From sequence record ON529860.1: 64,000 nt of DNA. One strand, given 5' to 3'. A program made the translations under genes and the position numbers. Shown piece after piece: positions 56,359-64,000 of this stretch (positions within the stretch are counted from its first letter, which is position 1; every line of letters begins with the position of its first letter). The notes beneath the pieces are model-generated. The model saw only the letters and a program-made list of their open reading frames with translations, had not been told where the DNA came from and searched no databases.

Positions 56359-56973
56359 TCACGTCGCCGCCTCGGCCTTGGCGGCGCGCTCGGCCGCCAG
56401 GTGGTCCTGGATGAACCAGAAGAGGTCACGGCAGTCGATCACGTCGCCGATCGCCTGGTGAGCCGAGGTCGGTTCACGCCCCAGCAGCTTGCGCACCGCG
56501 TCTTCCAGCTTGGGCCAGGCGTAGCCCTGATAGCCGTTCTTGTTGGGGAACTTGCAGATCGGAATGCCGGTCTGCATGGTGCAGAACTGCTGCTTGCCCT
56601 GGAAGACGTCGAGGGCCGGATTGCCCGACAGCAGACGCGCCGCGTTGTTGACGATGTTGACGTCGAACTCGATGTTGTGCGCCACCAGAACATCGGCGAC
56701 CGCGACCATGTCGCAGAACACATCCAGAACCGGTCCTTCCGTCAGGCCGATCGCCTGAGACACCGCCGTGGTGGTGCCGTGGACGTTGGACGAGGCCAGC
56801 GGAATGGGCTGGTCGCGGTAGACGATCAGGTCCATGCGCATGAGTTCGGCGCGCGTGTCGCTGTCCTGAAGGATCGCGGCGATCTGGACGATGCGCGGTT
56901 GAGCCTCGTGGCCGCACGGCGAACGCTTGTCCCAGAGGCCGGTGGTTTCGGTGTCGAAGAAGAGCAGGTTCAC
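56359..56973 (-). CDS. DnaQ/DEDDh 3'-5' exonuclease
   Basis: FFDTETTGL, VAHNIEFD, FCTM, HQA..DV. Confidence 0.88.
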   Translation of the reverse strand: MNLLFFDTETTGLWDKRSPCGHEAQPRIVQIAAILQDSDTRAELMRMDLIVYRDQPIPLASSNVHGTTTAVSQAIGLTEGPVLDVFCDMVAVADVLVAHNIEFDVNIVNNAARLLSGNPALDVFQGKQQFCTMQTGIPICKFPNKNGYQGYAWPKLEDAVRKLLGREPTSAHQAIGDVIDCRDLFWFIQDHLAAERAAKAEAAT

Positions 56974-56974
56974 G

Positions 56975-57481
56975 TCACGCGTCTCCCGACGGAGTCGGAT
57001 TCTTCAAGGCGTCAAGACGCTCCTTGAGGAAGTCGGTCATGTAGGCGACGGTCCCCTCGGGCGCGGGGCGTTCCGACGCCTCCGTCGCACGGACCATGGC
57101 GTGGATTTGATCCTGAGCCGCGCAGGCGGCGTTGGCCTGCGCCTGGGCGTAGGCCGCCATGGTCGTCAGGATGTGGGCCGCCACCAGGGTGTAGCCCTCG
57201 AACATTCCCCGCGTCCGGACGGCGGCCGCGTGATTGATCAACGCCCAGGCGGCGTTGAAGACGAACCAGCCGATCGCCGCCAGCATGGTGACGCGAAGCA
57301 GGCCGGCGGATGGCGCGCCGATGAGGCCGGGCGCCAGGGCGTGCCCGATCGTGAAGAACAGCGTCAGGCCGCTGGTGACCAACAACAGCAGCGAGGTCAG
57401 GGCGCGAAAGCCCGCCGCGTCCGCCGCAGGCTGATGCGGCGTTGGTTTCACCGGCTTGTTGAGGGGAGTGTCGGAGGACAT
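56975..57481 (-). CDS. Membrane protein
   Basis: Two TM helices. TGCCGG-N5-TTGACA promoter at 57530-57546. Confidence 0.55.
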   Translation of the reverse strand: MSSDTPLNKPVKPTPHQPAADAAGFRALTSLLLLVTSGLTLFFTIGHALAPGLIGAPSAGLLRVTMLAAIGWFVFNAAWALINHAAAVRTRGMFEGYTLVAAHILTTMAAYAQAQANAACAAQDQIHAMVRATEASERPAPEGTVAYMTDFLKERLDALKNPTPSGDA

Positions 57482-57572
57482 CGGGGCGTCTCGTTCTTGA
57501 GGGTCTTTGTTAACCATATTGGCGATGAATGTCAACATTCCCGGCAATGAAATGCCGGAAAATGTGACTCCA

Positions 57573-60056
57573 TCAGTGCGTTTCAGACCAGCGACGGCCG
57601 AACTTGGTGTCCACGTCGACGGGCAGGCGGAAGCCGAAGCCGGCGCCGGCGTCGTAGGCCGCGTCCCTGATGTTTTTCTCGCAGATCGCCATGATCCGGG
57701 CGTCGTCGCGAACGGCGACCTGGAGTTCGTCGTGAATCCAGGCGACGATGGCGAAATCGCCGTCCCAGCCATGTTTCAGGCCGTCTTCCAGGCAGTATTC
57801 GTGGAAGTTCACGCACCACTGCTTGGCGATGGTGGCGCCGGCGCCCTGAAGCAGGGTGTTCAAGGCGGCGTGCTGCGCCCGCACGAACAGTCGACGCCCA
57901 TCCATCGCGTCCAGCATGCCGGACTTGGCCTGCTTCTGGATATTCTTGACCACCATGCCCAGGGCGGGAATGCGGGTCATCAGGCGACGGCGCATTTCGG
58001 CGCCGACCTTCTTGGCCTCGGTCGGCCGCAGCGCCAGCGCCGGGTCGATGACCGTGCCCAGCTTGAAGTCCTGGGCGCCGTAGATCAGGGCGTAGATGAA
58101 GGTCTTGGCCGTGTCGCGGTTGTTCAGTTCCAGCGCGGCGGTGTGCAGGTCGTGAGGATCGGATTCGACCACCAGGCGGCCGTAGACGCCGTCGTCGAAC
58201 TCCGCCATGAAGTGACCGAGGGCGCGCAGTTCGATGCCCTTCTGGTCGGAACCCATCAGAATCCAGCCCTTGGGCACGATGAACAGGTCGCGGCAGTTCC
58301 AGCCGTGATCGCCGGGGCGGCCCTTGAGCATCTGCTTCTTGGTCAGAATCTTCTGACCCTCGTCCAGCAGATACCAGCCGTCACGGCCGTCGATCGCCTC
58401 GACCCGGACGAACTCGCCCGCCTCGTTGAGATAGCCGTTCAGGCCGTCGCGCACGATGACGTCCAGCGCCGAGCCGTCCTTCATCTTGGCCTTGGCGGGG
58501 TTTCCTTCAAGCTGCTTGCCGGTCAACGGATCGAGCAGCGGCGTCAGATCGGCGCGGTGCTCGAAGACCTGCTTGTCGTCAGGGCCGTCGACCCAGTAGC
58601 CGTAGATGATCTTGCCCTGCTGGAAGTCGATGCCGACGCCCGCCTCCAGCCACTGCTTCAGCTTCTTGAAGACGACGCGAGGGACCTGGGCGATGTTCGG
58701 GTTGGCGTGCGAGGCGCGGTTGGTCACCGTCCCGCCGACGTTGAACGTCGGGTGGATGCGTCCGTCGCCGCGCTCCAGGGCCTTGCCGATCCAGCCGTTC
58801 TTGCCGTCGACAAGCTGGCCGAGCCGCTTGTTGTAGTAGAAGAGTTCGGCCAGTTCGTCGCAGATCGGAATCGTCTGGGCGAGGTCGCGCAGGATTTCGT
58901 CGTTGACGGCGATGCCGCCGGCTTCCGTCTTGTCGCGGTCGTCGTGATCCCAGCCGTAGACCTTTTCCAGTCGCTCGATGATCTGCGGGCGCGAGCCGGG
59001 GTTGAACTCCTTCAGTTCCACCGGGCAGTAGGCGCAGCCTTCCATCCGGTCCGGCTTGCCCGAGCCCGGCTTGAACTTCATCGTCTTCTTGGGAACCGTG
59101 ATGTCGCCCCAGTTGGAGCGGCCCAGGTCTTCGCCGTGCTCGGTGCGCGGCTTGTAGGCGATCTTGGTCTTCTTGATCTTCCCGTCATCGTCCAGCAGGG
59201 GCTTGCCGGTCTCGGGATCAAGCATCTCGACCGTGTATTCCTTGCCGACGGTCTTCCACTTCGACGGCACCCACCACTCGCCGAAGTGCGCGATCGCCTT
59301 GCGCTGCTTCTCGTCGACGACTTCGCGCAGTTCGGCCTCAAGGGCGCGCGCGGCCTCCATGTCGAAGGGGAAGCCGTTGTTGGTGACCTCCTCCATCAGG
59401 GCGTGGACGCGGTGCTCCAGCGTGATCGACTGTTCGGAGTGCCGGCGCGGGTCGGCCTCCATCAACCGCCACAGGGCCTCGTTGACGTTCAAGTCCTGAA
59501 CGCAGTAGTCCTCCATCTCCTGGTTCCATTCGGACCAGACGAGACGGATCAGTTCTTCCTTCGGGTAGTCCGGGTAGAGGGACTTGTAGTAGGCCTGCTG
59601 GGTCTTGGCGTAGTCGCCCTTGGGGAAGCCCAGGCGCTGGCCCCAGGCCTCAAGGCCGTGACGGCCGATCTGGGCGCCCTCGATCTCGTCGCGCTTGAAG
59701 CGGCGGAAGTCGCGTTCCTTCTCGTCCGCATAGAAGATGCGGCTCAGCACCATGGTGTCGCGCACCAGGGCGTTGCACTGGAACTGCGGGTAGAGCAGTT
59801 CGATCGCGGGAATATCGAAGCCCACGATGTTGTGCCCGACCAGCAGGTCGGCCTCGGCCAGCATCGCCACGCCGCGCGCGATCTGGTCCGTCCGCTTGTT
59901 CTTGCGGAAGACGTGCGTCTGACGCGTGGTCAGATCGCGGATCGCGAGGATGTGGATACGGCTCTTGACGTCGTCGCCCTTGTGGGCGGTCAGATAGGGC
60001 AGCAGGCCCGTCGTTTCGATGTCGAAGAGGTACTGCTTACCGGGGGGCAGTTGCAT
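57573..60056 (-). CDS. polA: Family A DNA polymerase, T7-like
   Basis: FDIET, GHNI..FD, DT...S, FNPGSR, SDQKGIELR, AKTFIYALIYG, HDE. Confidence 0.93.
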   Translation of the reverse strand: MQLPPGKQYLFDIETTGLLPYLTAHKGDDVKSRIHILAIRDLTTRQTHVFRKNKRTDQIARGVAMLAEADLLVGHNIVGFDIPAIELLYPQFQCNALVRDTMVLSRIFYADEKERDFRRFKRDEIEGAQIGRHGLEAWGQRLGFPKGDYAKTQQAYYKSLYPDYPKEELIRLVWSEWNQEMEDYCVQDLNVNEALWRLMEADPRRHSEQSITLEHRVHALMEEVTNNGFPFDMEAARALEAELREVVDEKQRKAIAHFGEWWVPSKWKTVGKEYTVEMLDPETGKPLLDDDGKIKKTKIAYKPRTEHGEDLGRSNWGDITVPKKTMKFKPGSGKPDRMEGCAYCPVELKEFNPGSRPQIIERLEKVYGWDHDDRDKTEAGGIAVNDEILRDLAQTIPICDELAELFYYNKRLGQLVDGKNGWIGKALERGDGRIHPTFNVGGTVTNRASHANPNIAQVPRVVFKKLKQWLEAGVGIDFQQGKIIYGYWVDGPDDKQVFEHRADLTPLLDPLTGKQLEGNPAKAKMKDGSALDVIVRDGLNGYLNEAGEFVRVEAIDGRDGWYLLDEGQKILTKKQMLKGRPGDHGWNCRDLFIVPKGWILMGSDQKGIELRALGHFMAEFDDGVYGRLVVESDPHDLHTAALELNNRDTAKTFIYALIYGAQDFKLGTVIDPALALRPTEAKKVGAEMRRRLMTRIPALGMVVKNIQKQAKSGMLDAMDGRRLFVRAQHAALNTLLQGAGATIAKQWCVNFHEYCLEDGLKHGWDGDFAIVAWIHDELQVAVRDDARIMAICEKNIRDAAYDAGAGFGFRLPVDVDTKFGRRWSETH

Positions 60057-60191
60057 CAGAAGTGACCAGTTGGCGCAGGTCCCCGGCCGTGATCGGGCCG
60101 GGGCTGAGCAGTTGTTGGATCAGGGCGGCGGGCACGCCAGCCGCCCTAAGCATCGTCGCGGGGTCGCGAGACATCAGCAGCGGCGGAGGAG

Positions 60192-61199
60192 TCACGCTGC
60201 TTCGCGTTTCATGACTCTATCCAGACGTTCGCCGAGCCAGCGGACGACCGGAACAGCCAGGGAGTTGCCGATGGCGGTGCGGCGCGCCGTGACCGAGGCG
60301 CCGGGGATGTCGGTGTAGCCGTCCGGCATCCCTTGCAGGCGCTCGTATTCCACCGGGGTCAGGGCGCGCACGACCCAGCGCCCTTCATGCTGGGTCAGGA
60401 CCTGGGCGACGGACCCGCCGCCGGCGGCCGTGCGCAGGCAGTTGGAAACCTCGTCGCCCTGCTCGATCTGCTGGGCCTTGACGCCCTTCAGGAGGCGTCC
60501 ACGGATGGCGATGCGATAGGCAGGGGCGATAGCGCCTCCAGCAGTTCCGGCGACAGGGTCCGTCCCGCCGCCCGCGCGTTCGCCAGCAGCGTCGCCTTGC
60601 GATCCTCGCTCAAAAAGAACGTCGCGGGGATCGATTCCGCCCCGAGGACACGCGACAACGTAGACGCGCTCGCGTTGTTGGGGCAGGCCGAAGTGTTGTG
60701 CGTCCAGGACTCGCCAAGCAATGGCCCGTTTGGGGCCAAGCACATAACCAGCGTTCGTCCACCGATCCCCTGACGGGACGAGGTTCCCAAACTCTCCGGC
60801 CAGGGCTCCGAGGAATTGTCCAAAGGCGTTGCAGTCATCGGTGAGCAGTCCGGGCACGTTTTCGAAGAAGAAGACATCAGGATCGATTTCGTCGATCAGC
60901 TTGATGCCGGCGAGGGTGAGGAAGCCACGGCCGCCGTCGACACCGGCCTTCTTGCCGGCCTCGGAAAAATCCTGACAGGGGAAGGAGGCCCACAGGATGT
61001 TGACGGCCTTGCGGAAGGCTTCGCCGTCGATCGTCAGCAGGTTGCCCAGGTTGGGCGTTTCGCCGTAGCGGTGATGCAGAAATCGGGTCGGGAAGGCGGC
61101 GTTGTCGGCAAAGAATACCGGCTTCAGCTTGAGGTCCTTCCACGCCAGAGACACGGCTTCAATGCCGGAGCAGAGGGTGGCGAAGGTGCGTTGGGTCAT
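60192..61199 (-). CDS. C5-cytosine DNA methyltransferase
   Basis: LCSGI, SFPCQDFS.AG, ENVPG, Q.RER, LTP.E.ERLQG.P, GNS.AV. Confidence 0.9.
   Translation of the reverse strand: MTQRTFATLCSGIEAVSLAWKDLKLKPVFFADNAAFPTRFLHHRYGETPNLGNLLTIDGEAFRKAVNILWASFPCQDFSEAGKKAGVDGGRGFLTLAGIKLIDEIDPDVFFFENVPGLLTDDCNAFGQFLGALAGEFGNLVPSGDRWTNAGYVLGPKRAIAWRVLDAQHFGLPQQRERVYVVACPRGGIDPRDVLFERGSQGDAAGERAGGGTDPVAGTAGGAIAPAYRIAIRGRLLKGVKAQQIEQGDEVSNCLRTAAGGGSVAQVLTQHEGRWVVRALTPVEYERLQGMPDGYTDIPGASVTARRTAIGNSLAVPVVRWLGERLDRVMKREAA
60488..60877 (-). CDS. Alternative-frame ORF inside the methyltransferase (EcoHK31I beta-like)
   Basis: CPDCS..SS..W..SLG..GESWTHNT..STLSRVL..FFLS..LL..A..L..L..AL. Confidence 0.55.
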   Translation of the reverse strand: MSSSSKTCPDCSPMTATPLDNSSEPWPESLGTSSRQGIGGRTLVMCLAPNGPLLGESWTHNTSACPNNASASTLSRVLGAESIPATFFLSEDRKATLLANARAAGRTLSPELLEALSPLPIASPSVDAS

Positions 61200-61260
61200 G
61201 GGTCCGGTATGGTTAACGAATGCCGTAGATGGAGTCAAGGATTGACGGGAAAACTGACAA

Positions 61261-62037
61261 TCACTCCACCTGACCCGGCCAGACACGGTCCGCCAGCCGC
61301 AGCAGGGCGCCGATGACCAGCTTCTTGTCCTTACCGTTGACGAAGGGGCTCATCGTCTCAGGCCAGCGCGGCGGCAGGCCCAGGAAGGGCAGGGTGCGCT
61401 CGGCCGCCTCGAACTCCGAGGCGGCGAAGGCGGCGACCTGCTGAAGACCGACGGCGTAGGAATGCAGGCCGTACTGCTTCGCGTTGCCGCCGTCGTGGTA
61501 GCCCATGCCCAGGCGGATTTTCTCGATCTCGCTGTCGTAGGCCATCCAGCAGAACCGGCCGTCGGGCAGGTCGAGGTGCTGGGTGTCCCAGTCCAGCGGA
61601 TGGCCGAAGGCGTCGATGCGGCAGCGATCGACGGCCTGGGAGAAGGGCTCCAGGCGGCCGATCGCCTTGATGGTGGAGACCAGAGGCATGAAGCGGCCCG
61701 CCGCCAGTTCCAGGCACGGGGTCTGGTCCAGCAGGGCGCGGTATTCCGCCACGGTTTGTCCGGCGCTCGACAGCGGATGGCGCTTGCCCTCGATCTGTTC
61801 GCGCAGCAGCAGGCCGTCGATCGGATCACGCGCCGCCAGCCATTCCACAAAGGCCGAGACGTGATACTCGTGCACCTGAGGCCCCAGAATGTGGGCGCGC
61901 TGGAGTTCGTTGACCGATTCCATGCCAAAGCCGATGTGCAGGCTGTTGTTCTCGTCCTGGTGCAGGGCGTAGAGGAACAGCCGACTGGCGCCGGTGGCCT
62001 TCAGCGGCGTGCGTTCATAGGCGTTGAGGAGGCTCAC
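61261..62037 (-). CDS. Hypothetical protein
   Basis: GTGA overlap with upstream stop, codon bias. Confidence 0.6.
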   Translation of the reverse strand: MSLLNAYERTPLKATGASRLFLYALHQDENNSLHIGFGMESVNELQRAHILGPQVHEYHVSAFVEWLAARDPIDGLLLREQIEGKRHPLSSAGQTVAEYRALLDQTPCLELAAGRFMPLVSTIKAIGRLEPFSQAVDRCRIDAFGHPLDWDTQHLDLPDGRFCWMAYDSEIEKIRLGMGYHDGGNAKQYGLHSYAVGLQQVAAFAASEFEAAERTLPFLGLPPRWPETMSPFVNGKDKKLVIGALLRLADRVWPGQVE

Positions 62038-63746
62038 AGGCGCCACTTCGCTCCCTGCATGGTGATGATCTGGCGCTGGCCGTTGTGCAGGGTCACGACG
62101 TGGCTGTGCGACCACGACGAGAGGCCCTTGTTGTAGCCCATGTCCAGCTTGGAGGTGGTGCCGGAGACGAAGGCCCCGTCGATGATCTGACACGAATGGG
62201 TGTGCCCGGTGGTCGACTTGGCGCCGGCGCGGGTGAACTGCCGGGGATTGCCGCGCGCGCCATTGGCGCCCAGGTGCCCGTGCATGCCCTTTTCGATGTC
62301 CATCACCTGGAAGGACTCGTCCTCGCGCAGGAAGCGCACGCCTTCGCAGGCGATGTCGTCGAAATAGTCCGTCAGGACATATTCGAACACCGAGAAGTCG
62401 CCGTCATGTTCGCGGATCGCCTGGTAGGCGCGCCGCTGGCAGGCCAGGAAGAACTCGGCGTTGCGCGGATCGTGGCGATAGTCGGCTTCCTTGAGCCAGC
62501 GCTTCAGCGCCAGGTCATGGTTGGACTCCACCACGACCGTCTTGCAGAAATCCCGTCGCGTGGATTCGATGAAGGACGCCACCTCGCGCAGTTCCGTCTC
62601 GACGGAGTCGGCGCCGGCCACGAACAGGGCGAACATGTGGTGGGGATCGCGCAGATTGTGGTGGTTGCGCGCCTGGAAGTCGCAGACGTCGTGATAGAAC
62701 TGGTACGACGGCCGCAGCGCGTCCAGGATCGGCATCGGATCGCTCTCGCCCGAGGTCGCCCAGCGCCGGCCGGACCCGCGCCCCTTGGCGTCAAGCGGGT
62801 AGAAGCCGAAGCAGGACTTCGCCACGATCGGGTCGATCTGGGCGACATGGAGGTCGCCCCAGTTGATCGCCGCCACGCGGTGACGGTGGGTGATCAGGGG
62901 CGTGTTGCCGCGCGCGGACTTGTCCGCGCGCGTCTGCACCCGGATGTCCAGGTCCATGAAGGAGCCGTCCGGCTCGGCGATCAGGTGGCGGCAGAAGAAC
63001 TCGCCCTGGTCGTTCATCTCGACCAGCAAGGCCGCGACTTCGTGGTGGAAGGCCGCCTTGATGCCGGCCTTCTTCTTGACGTAGTTGGGCAGGGTGATCG
63101 AGCCGGTCGTCATGTTCTGCTTGGCCGGGGCGTGCTTCATCGTCGGGACCGACTGAAGCTGAACCTTGGCGTGCGGGAAGATGCCCCAACGATGCTTGGT
63201 GTAGGTTTCGAACCCGCTGAGCGGCGTGACCGCCGTCGGCAGGGTGTTCATCTCGCCGCAGTAGTCGATCTTGTCGCCCAGGCGGATGCGCTCGTTCGAG
63301 ATGTAGGGCTCGATGCGGAAGTGGTAGTAGGGCTTCTGCTCGTTTCGACCCTTGTCATCGCCGTCTTTGGCGTGGCCCCGATACATCTTCTTGTTGTAGG
63401 TGTAGCCCGAGATCATGATCTGGCACGGGCCGTCCTTGGACAGATGATCGCGATAGGCTTCCAGGTTGGTCAGGAAGTCCTCATGGATCGACGTCTCGGA
63501 CTGGGCCGAAGTCAGGATGAAGCGCTGCACGGTGCCGGGCGCGACCACGATCTTCTTCGGCTCGACCGGCGGGATGTAGCTGAACGGGTCGCGGTGCACC
63601 TTGTGCAGGCGCAGTTGCAAGGTCGAGCGCGCCACGCCGTAGTGACGGCTGAACTGACGCTGGCCGCCCATCTCGGTGACGATGCGGTCGAGTTCCTCGG
63701 GCGAGACGGAGTCGAGGTCGAAGGACCCCTTGGCTTCAGCCGGCAA
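62034..63746 (-). CDS. Calcineurin-like metallophosphoesterase with N-terminal HTH
   Basis: GDLH, DVCD, SNHD, HGH, GHTHS. Confidence 0.75.
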   Translation of the reverse strand: MPAEAKGSFDLDSVSPEELDRIVTEMGGQRQFSRHYGVARSTLQLRLHKVHRDPFSYIPPVEPKKIVVAPGTVQRFILTSAQSETSIHEDFLTNLEAYRDHLSKDGPCQIMISGYTYNKKMYRGHAKDGDDKGRNEQKPYYHFRIEPYISNERIRLGDKIDYCGEMNTLPTAVTPLSGFETYTKHRWGIFPHAKVQLQSVPTMKHAPAKQNMTTGSITLPNYVKKKAGIKAAFHHEVAALLVEMNDQGEFFCRHLIAEPDGSFMDLDIRVQTRADKSARGNTPLITHRHRVAAINWGDLHVAQIDPIVAKSCFGFYPLDAKGRGSGRRWATSGESDPMPILDALRPSYQFYHDVCDFQARNHHNLRDPHHMFALFVAGADSVETELREVASFIESTRRDFCKTVVVESNHDLALKRWLKEADYRHDPRNAEFFLACQRRAYQAIREHDGDFSVFEYVLTDYFDDIACEGVRFLREDESFQVMDIEKGMHGHLGANGARGNPRQFTRAGAKSTTGHTHSCQIIDGAFVSGTTSKLDMGYNKGLSSWSHSHVVTLHNGQRQIITMQGAKWRL

Positions 63747-64000
63747 AATACATCTCCGCCTTGGCGTGGGGGGCGGTCAGGGCCTTGCGCCAGTCCCAGA
63801 CGTACCAGGCGTAGGAGAAGCGCGGGCTCTTGGACTCCTCGCCCTCCTTCTTCTCGACCCAGACCGGGCGGAAGCGCAGGGTGATCTTGGCGATGAAGGC
63901 GGGGTGATCGATCAGGTGGGCGCGGCCCTTGGCCGTGTCCCACTCATGGCGCATCAGCATGGCGACATAGCCCTGCTCCGCCTCCATCAACTCCAGCGCC
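63736..64000 (-). CDS. C-terminus of a probable DNA adenine methyltransferase (5' truncated)
   Basis: AMLMR..W....R..L...P.....L.FRP.W......SPRFSYAWYVWD. Confidence 0.55.
   Translation of the reverse strand, partial: ALELMEAEQGYVAMLMRHEWDTAKGRAHLIDHPAFIAKITLRFRPVWVEKKEGEESKSPRFSYAWYVWDWRKALTAPHAKAEMYFAG

Noticed and set aside
58315-58675. Intein in DNA polymerase
   Set aside because: No C/S start, HN/GN end or block B/F motifs
60037-60195. 52-aa ORF between methyltransferase and polA
   Set aside because: Plausible coupling but no motif or other support. Not listed as a feature
1471-63884. Many long antisense ORFs in the track (e.g. 14271-17051, 51957-55013, 57507-60065)
   Set aside because: Shadow frames of high-GC3 genes on the opposite strand. 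No motifs or RBS
1-64000. Stop-codon reassignment (prompted by the UCA loop)
   Set aside because: Recognisable genes are full length under code 11 and commonly end in TGA

Overview
This is 64 kb of a large, high-GC lytic phage genome. The host is most likely a Caulobacter/Brevundimonas-type alphaproteobacterium (phiCbK-like): the evidence is a circularly permuted tmRNA with an ..NDNFA..AA tag, sigma70-type promoters and rIIA/rIIB. No structural genes are present. The left part (1-35.9 kb) holds accessory and counter-defence genes (SPFH, NMNAT-Nudix plus NAMPT, SLOG, NADAR-like, ATP DNA ligase, primase, tyrosine recombinase, rIIA/B, RNA ligase, Snf2-like helicase with a class-3-type intein). 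The right part (41.9-64 kb, minus strand) is nucleotide metabolism and replication (repressor, dUTPase, NrdB-Grx, NrdA with intein, ThyX-like, dNMP kinase, RecD-like helicase, SSB-like, Cas4-like, DnaQ-like, T7-like PolA, methyltransferases). The most striking part is a mostly non-coding minus-strand RNA island at 35.95-41.8 kb that the ORF track does not explain. It contains: a promoter, then four head-to-tail Y-RNA-like elements whose tRNA-mimic domains resemble different tRNA types, then a Ro60/TROVE gene; a ~960-nt ORF-less RNA with triplicated covarying modules and long-range helices; a 6S-like rod; two long-variable-arm tRNAs (GCA, CAU); a two-piece tmRNA; a ~390-nt structured RNA; an fMet-like tRNA; and a further permuted tRNA mimic. 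All RNA folds were derived by eye and no database search was run, so novelty is unverified.
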